A stretch of 64,000 nucleotides of DNA, from IMG/VR virus record IMGVR_UViG_3300047323_000428, positions 21,208-85,207 of that record; one strand, 5' to 3'. This stretch comes from a virus. Lineage: Duplodnaviria; Heunggongvirae; Uroviricota; Caudoviricetes. Position 1 is the stretch's first letter; each line of letters opens with the position of its first letter. The position numbers were made by a program, and so were the translations under genes. Under the pieces are notes generated by a model. It saw only the letters and a list, made by a program, of their open reading frames with translations, searched no databases and was not told the origin of the DNA. Of the stretch, positions 31,475-39,865 are shown one piece after another.

Positions 31475-32311
31475 TCAGCGCGCATTGATGAGCGTGTTGC
31501 CGTTCTGCCCGATAATCATCGTGCAGTGTTCGTTGGTCGCACAGGCTTGCAGCGCTTGGTTGTATTCGTGCTGCAGGAACGCCGGCGTCAACGATTTCTG
31601 GAGCTGGTCGTTGGCGTTGCTCTGCCCTTCCGCACGAATCTTGGCGATCTCAGCATCCTTCTTCGCCACTTCCGCCTGATTGGCCTTTTGCGTCAGTTGT
31701 TGCTGAGCCAAAACAGTCTGTTGGATCGCCTGATCGATGGTCGGATCGGTCTGGATCTTTCGCACGACCACGCGCGTCACCGCGAAGGTGCCCTTTACCG
31801 ACGTGTCGGCATCGAGCAAGGCCTGCGTCTGCGCTTTGATCTTGCCCTCCAGTTCCGAGCGGTTCTGGTTCAGGGCCAGGCTGTCGAACTCGGTCACGCT
31901 GTCATAGACGGCGCCTTTGGCGAGGTTGGCGACGAGGTAGTAGCCGGGACGCAGGAACCCCTCGTGCTCGAACTTGGCGCTCTGGCCGGCGTGAGTCGAG
32001 ACGAACTTGGCGATGGTGCCGGGCATGCCGCGGTAGTAGATCGTGACTTCCAGATCCTTGACCGTGAGCTTGTCTTTGGCGCGCGGGGTGAGGTCGTTCA
32101 GGTCGATCGACGTCTCCTTGACCGTGTATTCGTCCACGTGCGAGAAGAACGCGCCATAGATGCCCTGCCCTTCTTCCTGCTGCGAAATGTCGCCCATCGT
32201 CGTGCGCACGCCGACCGAGCCCGTTTCGATGATGCCGCCACAACCGGACAGGCCGATGCTGAGTGCGAGCGCCGCGAAGGCGCCGAAGATGAAGCGTTTG
32301 GTGCGTTGCAT
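31475..32311 (-). CDS. Lipoprotein with an SPFH/band-7 (prohibitin/HflC-like) domain
   Basis: Signal peptide with lipobox LSGCGG and an SPFH-like core followed by a Gln/Ala-rich coiled-coil tail. Confidence 0.4.
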   Translation of the reverse strand: MQRTKRFIFGAFAALALSIGLSGCGGIIETGSVGVRTTMGDISQQEEGQGIYGAFFSHVDEYTVKETSIDLNDLTPRAKDKLTVKDLEVTIYYRGMPGTIAKFVSTHAGQSAKFEHEGFLRPGYYLVANLAKGAVYDSVTEFDSLALNQNRSELEGKIKAQTQALLDADTSVKGTFAVTRVVVRKIQTDPTIDQAIQQTVLAQQQLTQKANQAEVAKKDAEIAKIRAEGQSNANDQLQKSLTPAFLQHEYNQALQACATNEHCTMIIGQNGNTLINAR

Positions 32312-32325
32312 GAGGGTGTTGCTCC

Positions 32326-32523
32326 TTAGTGTCGTTCGACCGTTATGATCGTCGCCAAAGTCGCTACGGTCACAGCGACAGAGACGGTAATGAGGAAACT
32401 GCGGCGAAGGATGCGGCGCACTCGGGCGCGGTCTTTGAAGTAAGGCGTGGAGCTGGCAAGCCAGAGCACGCCATACAGACCGAACGAGAGCAGCGCCACC
32501 ATCAGGTAGGCGCGTGCGAGCAT
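32326..32523 (-). CDS. Small membrane protein with two transmembrane helices (65 aa)
   Basis: Two hydrophobic helices separated by a basic loop (KDRARVRRILRR). Holin-like topology. Confidence 0.45.
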   Translation of the reverse strand: MLARAYLMVALLSFGLYGVLWLASSTPYFKDRARVRRILRRSFLITVSVAVTVATLATIITVERH

Positions 32524-32524
32524 G

Positions 32525-33115
32525 TCAGGCGTGCTCCTCCAGACTTTTGCGCAGACCGTTCACCCAGTCGGCGCGGCCGGCGTTGCGTTCTGCCTCCTGC
32601 CGTGCGCCTTCCGCCATTTGCTTCAGCCAGCGCTGCCGATATTCGAGTTCTTCGGCCTTGTATTCCTCGACGCTGACGGGCTCCGGGCGCGGCGCGTCCC
32701 AGCAGTCGTGTTGCATCGACTCCACGATCTGCCTGCGCATGAAGTCCTTCAGTTCGACGTGTTCCGCCGACGGCGGCACCCAGGCGCTCACCTGAGCGAG
32801 CATCGCCTGATACTTCTCACGCAGCGCAGCGTGGCGCACGCAGGACTCTTCCCAATACTTCAGGCTGTCCGCGTTGGCCTCCTGCACCTTCGCTTCCAAT
32901 TGCTCGGGTGTGAGCGCGAGGAATTCCGCGAGATTGGCCTCCGCCTTCACGACCTGCTCGGCGTAGTAGGCGTCGACCGGCAACTGCTCGGGGATCGGTG
33001 CGTCGATCGGCAGATCGCGCATGAACATCAGCGGACCAAAGCCGCGCGCACAGAGCAGGGCGAATTGCTTGAAGGAGATGCCGTCGGCAATGTCGGCGGT
33101 GTATCCGTTTGCCAT
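32525..33115 (-). CDS. Hypothetical protein (196 aa)
   Basis: ATG at 33113-33115 with an AAGGAGAA ribosome-binding site (M83 of the listed ORF). The listed extension overlaps the upstream gene. Confidence 0.5.
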   Translation of the reverse strand: MANGYTADIADGISFKQFALLCARGFGPLMFMRDLPIDAPIPEQLPVDAYYAEQVVKAEANLAEFLALTPEQLEAKVQEANADSLKYWEESCVRHAALREKYQAMLAQVSAWVPPSAEHVELKDFMRRQIVESMQHDCWDAPRPEPVSVEEYKAEELEYRQRWLKQMAEGARQEAERNAGRADWVNGLRKSLEEHA

Positions 33116-33125
33116 GTGGTTCTCC

Positions 33126-33494
33126 TTATGCTTCAGCGAGTTCTTCGACCTGGATGCCAGCGCCTTCTTGCGAGGACTGATCGACTTCGCCCGAACCCGG
33201 CAGTGTCGGCTCGTCGGCGATCGTCTTGGCGGCGCGCTGCGGGAGCAATTCGCGGATCGCGTCGGCGTTGTTAGCGATGAAGTAAGCCAACTCGCCGTAT
33301 GTGATTTCGAGGAGGTTCTCGCGGGTGTGCTCGCCGGGACTCGAAAGCGTGCCGTAGACACTCGCCTTGTCGTCGATCAAGGCGATCAGGGATTCGATGC
33401 GGTCCAGCTTCTTTTGATGCGCCTGAGCGTCTTTCTTCTCGGCGAAGGTCAGGCCGTCCGAAGTCTGGTATTGGGCGACGCGCTTGATTTTCAT
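33126..33494 (-). CDS. Hypothetical acidic protein (122 aa)
   Basis: ATG ORF. Confidence 0.5.
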   Translation of the reverse strand: MKIKRVAQYQTSDGLTFAEKKDAQAHQKKLDRIESLIALIDDKASVYGTLSSPGEHTRENLLEITYGELAYFIANNADAIRELLPQRAAKTIADEPTLPGSGEVDQSSQEGAGIQVEELAEA

Positions 33495-33521
33495 GTGTGT
33501 TGTCCTCGTGTTACGGTAAGT

Positions 33522-33539
33522 TAGTCAGTTTTGACTGTT
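33522..33539 (-). promoter_or_regulatory. PDM consensus copy (TAGTCAGTTTTGACTGTT)
   Basis: 27 nt upstream of the 33494 start. Confidence 0.85.
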
Positions 33540-33558
33540 GATATTGTTGCAGCAAAAG

Positions 33559-33972
33559 TCAGGGGTTTTGTTGGGAATCGTCGCTCCCGCTCATGCTTGC
33601 CAGATACTTGCCGTGATCGAACGCCTTCTTCATGGCGCGCAACTGGGCGAGCGTGGGCTTGTCCTTCGAGTCGTGCCAGGAGATGGCCGACAGCCACGAA
33701 CGCAGGCGAGCCTCATCGCGCGAATCCTTCACCTTCTGCGTGATCGGGTCGATACAACCAGAGGCGGCGCCGATAAAGTAGCCCGTCTCCCGGTTGGCGC
33801 GATGTTCGTTTCCCTTCGCATCTTTCAGGACGAACTGCGTGCGCGTCAGGCGATCGATCGTGAACAGCACATAACCGTGGTGGCGCGTTCGGTGCGCGAC
33901 TTCCTGACCGGGTCGAAGCGACTTCAGCCACTCGGCGCGTTCTTCTCTTTCATCCATCACCAGCTCCCCCAT
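33559..33972 (-). CDS. Hypothetical protein (137 aa)
   Basis: The ATG lies 16 nt inside the end of the upstream gene. Confidence 0.5.
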   Translation of the reverse strand: MGELVMDEREERAEWLKSLRPGQEVAHRTRHHGYVLFTIDRLTRTQFVLKDAKGNEHRANRETGYFIGAASGCIDPITQKVKDSRDEARLRSWLSAISWHDSKDKPTLAQLRAMKKAFDHGKYLASMSGSDDSQQNP

Positions 33973-34607
33973 TGTTCGTGTGCGACAGTTGCGCCGCTTC
34001 GCTTGGCGTATTCGTCGGCCGATAGCGACCGTGCCTGTGCCTTCAGGTTCTCACGCAACTGCCGATCACCTTCCGGCTCGTTGAGCACCATGTTCGCGGG
34101 CGTGAAGCAACCAACGAAGCCAGGGTAATAGTCGTCGGTGTTGCACGTGCCGAACTCGATCACAACCTTGCCCGTCTCAACGTCGACCAGCTCCACGACG
34201 TCATGATTTTTATTGGCGCACTTCCGGCCAATCACCTTCACGGGCGCGAAGGTGTTCTTGATCGTGGTGTCGCGCGTCACCCAAACGGCGCTCAACGAGG
34301 ACCGGTAGCCGTCGTTGGGATCTTCCATCGCCGTGTAGCACTGGTTGTTCAGGACGAAGGAGAACGCGGTTGCGTGCTCGGCGCCCCAGCCCTTGCTGCA
34401 AGCGACGTTCTCCGAGCCGACGCCGGTGAGCACAAAGCTCTTGCCGATGAAGAAGTCGAAGTCCACTTCCTTGACGTTGCGGCCCGAGAACTCGCCGGCG
34501 GGCTTGCCATCGTCTTCAGGCAGCTCCTCCGGGAGTTTGACCTCGCTGTTATAGCCGGCAAGCTCCATAAACTCGTCGGCAAGCTCGTCCAGGTTCAGCT
34601 TGGGCAC
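33957..34607 (-). CDS. Hypothetical protein (216 aa; C-terminus ...HEQWGSW)
   Basis: ATG ORF. Confidence 0.5.
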   Translation of the reverse strand: MPKLNLDELADEFMELAGYNSEVKLPEELPEDDGKPAGEFSGRNVKEVDFDFFIGKSFVLTGVGSENVACSKGWGAEHATAFSFVLNNQCYTAMEDPNDGYRSSLSAVWVTRDTTIKNTFAPVKVIGRKCANKNHDVVELVDVETGKVVIEFGTCNTDDYYPGFVGCFTPANMVLNEPEGDRQLRENLKAQARSLSADEYAKRSGATVAHEQWGSW

Positions 34608-34608
34608 C

Positions 34609-35808
34609 TTAGTTCCCCTTCACGCAGAGAATCGCCTTGAGCGTATGCACGACCTCGACCAGATCGGCCTGATTCGCCATCACGACGTCCAAGTTCTTGT
34701 AGGCACCCGGAATCTCGTCGATCACATCGGCGTCCTTGCGGCACTCCACACCCTCGGTCTGAGCCTTGAGGTCGTCGATGTTAAAGAAGCGCTTGGCAGC
34801 GGCCCGGCTCATCTTCCGACCGGCACCGTGCGAGCACGAGCAATAGGACTCGAGATTGCCCTTGCCGCGCACGATGTAAGAGCGCTGACCCATCGAGCCC
34901 GGAATGATGCCGAGATCGCCTTCACGCGCACGGATGGCGCCCTTGCGCGTCACCCACAAGTTCTTGCCGAAGTGGTTCTCACGGGCGATGTAGTTGTGGT
35001 GACAGTTGATTGCCTCCTGCGTAATCGTGAAGTCGAGCGCGATGCGCCGGCGAAGCGCCGCGATCACGACTTCCATCATCAGCTTGCGGTTCTCCAGCGC
35101 GTAGGCTTGCGCCCATTCGACAGCCGCCACATATGAGGCGAAGTCTTCGGTGTCGTCCGGGATATACGCCAGGTCTTCGTCGGGCAGGTTGATGAAGTAG
35201 CCACGCATGGCCTTCTTCGCCTTCTCGATGAAATACGTGCCGATCATGTTGCCGATGCCACGCGAGCCGGAGTGCAGCATCACCCACACGTCCTGGTTTT
35301 CGTCGATGCAAAGCTCGATGAAGTGGTTGCCCGAGCCGAGACTTCCAAGCTGTGGCGCTGCCTTCTCCAACAAAATGCGCGCCCCACCCACCTTGCTCAA
35401 GGCATCCGTCACCTGAAGCGTCATGAACGGTAGGCGATCGAGGTTGGCCTCGCGGTCCTCGTTGCGTCGGTGTGCTCCACCAGCGCCGAGCGGCACGTCA
35501 CGCTCGATCTGGTGGCGAATCTCGGTGAGGCTGTCGGGCAGGTCGCTCGCCTTCAACGAAAGGCGCACCGCGTTCATTCCACAGCCTATGTCAACACCGA
35601 CGGCCGCCGGGATGATCGCCTTCTCGGTAGCGATGACCGAACCTACCGTTGCGCCCTTCCCCGCATGGACGTCGGGCATGAGCGCGACGCCATTGCCTGC
35701 GATGAACGGCAGCCGAGCGATGTTCTTCGCCTGCTGAAGCGCCGCATCCTCGATTTCGTCGGTCCACGCCTTGATCGGGCGCGCGCCGTCTTCCTTGATT
35801 ACCTGCAT
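34609..35808 (-). CDS. rtcB: RtcB-family RNA 3'-phosphate ligase
   Basis: Conserved metal-site and catalytic motifs: MPDVHAGKGATVGSV, DIGCGM, and an NHAGRK-like segment. Confidence 0.85.
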   Translation of the reverse strand: MQVIKEDGARPIKAWTDEIEDAALQQAKNIARLPFIAGNGVALMPDVHAGKGATVGSVIATEKAIIPAAVGVDIGCGMNAVRLSLKASDLPDSLTEIRHQIERDVPLGAGGAHRRNEDREANLDRLPFMTLQVTDALSKVGGARILLEKAAPQLGSLGSGNHFIELCIDENQDVWVMLHSGSRGIGNMIGTYFIEKAKKAMRGYFINLPDEDLAYIPDDTEDFASYVAAVEWAQAYALENRKLMMEVVIAALRRRIALDFTITQEAINCHHNYIARENHFGKNLWVTRKGAIRAREGDLGIIPGSMGQRSYIVRGKGNLESYCSCSHGAGRKMSRAAAKRFFNIDDLKAQTEGVECRKDADVIDEIPGAYKNLDVVMANQADLVEVVHTLKAILCVKGN

Positions 35809-35818
35809 GTTCTTCTCC

Positions 35819-36241
35819 TCAAAACGGAATCAGATCGTCTTCGTCCTTCACGAACCGACTGTTGGCCGCATAGACAACCTTGTATGCACGCTTGGCAGCG
35901 CCACACGCCCGGAAGAATCTGCTTGCGCGCGAGTGGACTGCCACGCGCAGCGCATACCACCGCTGCCGGAACCACTGCACGCTGCCAAAGCACAACAATT
36001 CGTTGTTCACCCACTCGATCGCCGCTTCGTAGTCGTAGCGGTTGATATCGGATGGGAGCCGCCCTTGCCACACAATCTCGACCGGGCGGCTTTCCTTCGT
36101 GTGGTGGCAAGTGAGCACGCCATCCTTGAGCGTGAAGCTCCACTCGCCGTTGATGACCATGCCCTCGATTGCGCCATCTACCGGCGCGCTGCACTCGCAG
36201 AACAGATCCACCTTCCGGTCGCGACCAATGGCAATCAGCAT
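35819..36241 (-). CDS. Hypothetical protein (140 aa)
   Basis: ATG ORF overlapping the upstream gene by 7 nt. Confidence 0.5.
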   Translation of the reverse strand: MLIAIGRDRKVDLFCECSAPVDGAIEGMVINGEWSFTLKDGVLTCHHTKESRPVEIVWQGRLPSDINRYDYEAAIEWVNNELLCFGSVQWFRQRWYALRVAVHSRASRFFRACGAAKRAYKVVYAANSRFVKDEDDLIPF

Positions 36242-36690
36242 GGCGTCACCATTTCAACCTTGTTGACGTCGTCCAACTTGGCCCAGAAGCGCACGCTTTT
36301 CTTCAACTCCCGCTTATTCAGCGTGACGGGCACCTGCTTGCCCTTGAGCCAAAACGAAACGCTGTTAAAGTCCTCGACGCCCTTTCGAATGTAGATTCGG
36401 TCGATCGTGAGGAGCGCGCCGGCCGGAATCGTCAACGGATGAGCCAAGCGCGAATACTGGTAGTCCGTATCCGGTAGCGTCCCGTCAGCCATGCGCCATT
36501 TCGTGCGGCTGACGATGTTGATGCGCTCCTCGCGCGGGCGCTGCCAGAAGCCCTCGACGCCGTCCGAGTAGTGCTTCAGACCGGCCGCCTTGATGAGTCC
36601 GTCGTTGCGGTGCTCGTAGAACAGGCGAAACGACCAGTCTTTGGCGAGGACAATTTCGGTGCCGAGCGTGGGAATGTGCAGGCGGGTCAC
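36235..36690 (-). CDS. Hypothetical protein (about 151 aa, GTG start)
   Basis: GTG at 36688-36690 overlapping the upstream stop (GTGA). The listed Arg-rich extension is rejected. Confidence 0.4.
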   Translation of the reverse strand: MTRLHIPTLGTEIVLAKDWSFRLFYEHRNDGLIKAAGLKHYSDGVEGFWQRPREERINIVSRTKWRMADGTLPDTDYQYSRLAHPLTIPAGALLTIDRIYIRKGVEDFNSVSFWLKGKQVPVTLNKRELKKSVRFWAKLDDVNKVEMVTPC

Positions 36691-37175
36691 GCTTTCCCCC
36701 GCACCTTCAGCATCAGGCCGCGACCAACCTTCGGATCGAACGGCTCGTTGTATTCCTGGAACAGACGCAGCACGCGGCGCTTCCAGAGGCGCTTGCCGGA
36801 CATGCGCTCGATTTGAGCGTCGGCCAGCTCGTGATCCTTGTAGCCGAAGCCATGCGCCTCGAACAGATTGACTTCGCCGCTGCCATGAAGGCCGAAGACC
36901 TCCTGAAGTGCGCCGAAGCCCCAACGCAGCGGCCAGTCGCTAAACGGCTTCGTAGCCGTTGTCACTGGTGTGCCTTCCGCATCGGCTCTGAGGCCCGCCT
37001 GGTTCATCGTCGGATGCATGGCAAGCCAGCCGCCGGCGCATGCAATCGTGCCGCAGGCTGGGCCATCACCATTTTCCCGCCAGGAATCGAGCTTGAACGC
37101 CTTGTTCGGAATGCCGTCGATGATGGCAAACGCATCGCGCAGCAGTTCGAAGTTGGGTCGAGTGGTCGTATTCAT
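36687..37175 (-). CDS. Hypothetical protein; a paralog of 59928-60383 that shares the motif ACGT(I/A)ACA(G/C)G
   Basis: Contains DGPACGTIACAGGWLAMHP. Confidence 0.5.
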   Translation of the reverse strand: MNTTTRPNFELLRDAFAIIDGIPNKAFKLDSWRENGDGPACGTIACAGGWLAMHPTMNQAGLRADAEGTPVTTATKPFSDWPLRWGFGALQEVFGLHGSGEVNLFEAHGFGYKDHELADAQIERMSGKRLWKRRVLRLFQEYNEPFDPKVGRGLMLKVRGKA

Positions 37176-37178
37176 CGT

Positions 37179-37616
37179 TCAAACCTCCTTGTAGCCTTTG
37201 GGCGCCAACTTCTCACCGACGCCGTTGAAAAAATCCCGCGCCTCTCGCGCGGTGTCGAAATTCATGTAACGCGGGGTGCCGTGCGCCTCGCCCATCAACA
37301 CGCGGTCCTCGCCCACAGTCCACGTCACGCGCAGCAAGCTCGCATTCCGAAAACCGGGCGCGCGGCTGAACACCCGCTTCAATTCGAGCGGCGCATCGGG
37401 GCACAACGCCTGCGCCTCCGATATCAATTCGATGAAATCCTTCCTGAGCAGCCCCGACACGGTCATAAACAGCACATCTACGCCCGTCGAGAATTGGTGC
37501 GCGCTAATGCGCCCCTGTGCGACCGAGTGCGTGAGCCATTCGAGCGTCTCGAACGCTTTTCGATCGACTTCTTCCTGCAGTGTTGGCAACTCACTTCTGA
37601 CTGGCGACGAGCCCAT
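37179..37616 (-). CDS. Hypothetical protein (145 aa)
   Basis: ATG ORF. Confidence 0.5.
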   Translation of the reverse strand: MGSSPVRSELPTLQEEVDRKAFETLEWLTHSVAQGRISAHQFSTGVDVLFMTVSGLLRKDFIELISEAQALCPDAPLELKRVFSRAPGFRNASLLRVTWTVGEDRVLMGEAHGTPRYMNFDTAREARDFFNGVGEKLAPKGYKEV

Positions 37617-37677
37617 ATTTTCGTTCTCTCGCTAAATCGCGCAACGTTGCGCACAAACAGAATCTTATAGTTTGCAG

Positions 37678-37711
37678 CTAGGGAACACAATCACTTTTGA
37701 CTGTTCCCTAG
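37678..37711 (-). promoter_or_regulatory. PDM copy (AATCACTTTTGACTGTT) embedded in a 10-bp perfect inverted repeat CTAGGGAACA ... TGTTCCCTAG
   Basis: The inverted-repeat arms are at 37678-37687 and 37702-37711, about 70 nt upstream of the 37616 start. The same architecture occurs at 63162-63198. Confidence 0.8.
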
Positions 37712-37726
37712 CGCAAACCCAACACT

Positions 37727-38365
37727 TCAGTGGATCAGGATCGCCCCGCTCTCGCGCGACTCCTTCACCGTTTGCAGCGTTTTCTCAGCCACCCGACCGA
37801 CCGAGAACTCCAGCGCCTCGACCCGCTGATTGAGCGTCATCAGGCGGCGCGGCAGATAGAAGTGGGCGCACTTCACCCGCTCATCCACCGTCAGGCCCAG
37901 CATGAGGCTATTCAGGTGCTCGATATACGCCCGGTTCGCCGCGGCCTTGCCCTCCTCCGCGACAATCGGGATGCCCGGCTGCACCAGCACCACCACCCCG
38001 AGCCGGCGGTTAGTGACGTCGATGCAGTCTTGCACGTAGCGCGCAAGGCGCTCCTGGTCTTCTTCGGCCACCCGGTCGTTGATCGCTTCTGCCACCGTGT
38101 AGGCGATCAGATCGAGCGGGGTTCGGTCGGTGATGTAGTCCACCCCGACGTGCGCCTCATAGACCGCGTCCAGACGCACGAGGATCTTCTCCTGATGATC
38201 CAGGCGCTCGGCGAAGCTGTGCTCCTTCGTGCAGTCGAAGCCCAACTCGCGGTTGATGGCACTGACCGACGTTTCGAGGAACTTGGCGCCGGTCTTGAGC
38301 GCATAGGCCTTCGCAAGCGAGGTCTTCCCGGTGCGGTGGGCACCCACCAAACCAACTCCCATCAC
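37727..38365 (-). CDS. P-loop NTPase; putative deoxynucleoside monophosphate kinase
   Basis: Walker A GAHRTGKTS in a protein of about 210 aa, within the nucleotide-metabolism cluster. Confidence 0.45.
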   Translation of the reverse strand: MMGVGLVGAHRTGKTSLAKAYALKTGAKFLETSVSAINRELGFDCTKEHSFAERLDHQEKILVRLDAVYEAHVGVDYITDRTPLDLIAYTVAEAINDRVAEEDQERLARYVQDCIDVTNRRLGVVVLVQPGIPIVAEEGKAAANRAYIEHLNSLMLGLTVDERVKCAHFYLPRRLMTLNQRVEALEFSVGRVAEKTLQTVKESRESGAILIH

Positions 38366-39051
38366 GCCGCCTTCGCGTCAGCGTCGTTGGCTGCTGCTTC
38401 CAGCAAGGCGCGCTCGGCATCGACGTCGCGGTTCACTGCGGCGTTCGGGTCGAAGGCGCCCTTGTAGCGGCCGTTCTTCTTGTCGGTGAGCTTCTTGATG
38501 TTGGCAAACTGCGCCTGCTCGCGGGTGTAGCCGAGCGCGTCGAGGCCGATCTCGTCATACCAGCCGCCATCGCCCAGTTCTTCGAGCGCGTTGACCTTGT
38601 CGAAGCCACCGCCGACGAGCATCTTGGCGACCGGAGCGATGAATTCGCCTGCTTCGGTGAAGCGGCCGATCGCCGCGTGCAGGATGCGCAGGTCGAGGTG
38701 AGCGGCGTTCAGGCCTTGTGCGACTTCCGGCGCCAACTGCTGCGTGAAGAAGTCCACGTCGCGCGGATCGCGGTAGCGCTCCGTTGCCACCGGAAAGGCG
38801 AGCGCCTGAGCGATGCCAGCCACGCCCTGCAGCGCGCCGAGCATCTTCTGCTGGTCGATATCCTTGCCGTAGTAGATGGCGCGCTTGACTTGATCGAGCA
38901 CGTCGCTCGCGGCAACGGCCAGATTCAGAGCCATCAGGAGCGTGGCCGGGCCGAAGTTCAGTTCGGTCGGCTTCGATTCGGTCTTGAGGACTTCGGCGCG
39001 GTATTCGGCGTTGTTCAGAGTGGTCATGCTGTGTTTCTCCTTTGTTTGCAA
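38362..39051 (-). CDS. Putative MazG-like all-alpha NTP pyrophosphohydrolase
   Basis: All-helical protein of 229 aa with acidic EExxE/D-type clusters, located between the kinase-like gene and ThyX. The assignment is tentative. Confidence 0.3.
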   Translation of the reverse strand: MQTKEKHSMTTLNNAEYRAEVLKTESKPTELNFGPATLLMALNLAVAASDVLDQVKRAIYYGKDIDQQKMLGALQGVAGIAQALAFPVATERYRDPRDVDFFTQQLAPEVAQGLNAAHLDLRILHAAIGRFTEAGEFIAPVAKMLVGGGFDKVNALEELGDGGWYDEIGLDALGYTREQAQFANIKKLTDKKNGRYKGAFDPNAAVNRDVDAERALLEAAANDADAKAA

Positions 39052-39065
39052 AAATGGATGTGTGG

Positions 39066-39749
39066 TTAAGCGAGGCGGTGCTTGCGATATGCCTTGACTG
39101 CTTCGGGGACGATCGGCTCGATCAGCTCCAGCATGGCTTCGGCATACACGCGGATTTCCTTCTGAGCGTGCGAGTGCATGCGCAGGCCCAGGAAGTGCAT
39201 GAGGTTGTGCAGCGAGACGGTGCAGAACATATGGCTGTAGGTGCCAAGCGGCAGCACCGTGCGCGCGAGTTCACGCGGGCAGCCGTTTTCGATCAGGTAG
39301 TGGTATTGCCTGAAGGCTTGCTCACAGGTTGACCGAATAATGTCGGCAAACTCTTGCGCCATCGGGTGCTGCGTATCCGTGCGCATCTGCTTGTTGGACG
39401 ACGACTGCTCGGTGATATCGGCCAGAATCGGCACGTAGAACTCTTCCGGCAGCTCGGCGTAGCGGCCCGAGATTTCGTTGTAGGCCGCCGTGCGATGGCG
39501 GTGCCACTGGCGGAACACGAAGATCGGCGCCTTCACGTCGAAGGTGAACGTCACGGCCTCGAACGGGCTCGTGTGGCGGTTCTTGACGAGGTAGTCGATC
39601 AGCTTCGCGTCCTTGCCGGCGTCCTCACCCGAGCGCCATTCCGCGTCGTAGGAGACGCGTGCGTTGCGCACGATGGACAGGTCCGAGCCCATCGACTCGA
39701 CCAGGCGGATATGGCCGTGATCGAGCAGCTTGATTGCGTTGTCTTGCAT
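39066..39749 (-). CDS. thyX: Flavin-dependent thymidylate synthase ThyX
   Basis: ThyX signature RHRxxxxxxxSxRY (QWHRHRTAAYNEISGRY). Confidence 0.85.
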   Translation of the reverse strand: MQDNAIKLLDHGHIRLVESMGSDLSIVRNARVSYDAEWRSGEDAGKDAKLIDYLVKNRHTSPFEAVTFTFDVKAPIFVFRQWHRHRTAAYNEISGRYAELPEEFYVPILADITEQSSSNKQMRTDTQHPMAQEFADIIRSTCEQAFRQYHYLIENGCPRELARTVLPLGTYSHMFCTVSLHNLMHFLGLRMHSHAQKEIRVYAEAMLELIEPIVPEAVKAYRKHRLA

Positions 39750-39825
39750 GTATTCCTCAACGTGGAGTCTGAAAAGCCCCGATCTGTGCGACCGGGGCGG
39801 TGCTGCTTAACTGATACGTGAATTA

Positions 39826-39843
39826 TAGTCAGTTTTGACTATT
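39826..39843 (-). promoter_or_regulatory. PDM copy (TAGTCAGTTTTGACTATT), with TATAAT immediately downstream on the minus strand
   Basis: On the minus strand it reads AATAGTCAAAACTGACTATAAT. Lies 77 nt upstream of thyX. Confidence 0.8.
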
Positions 39844-39865
39844 ACTCGACCGGCAAGATGAGAGG

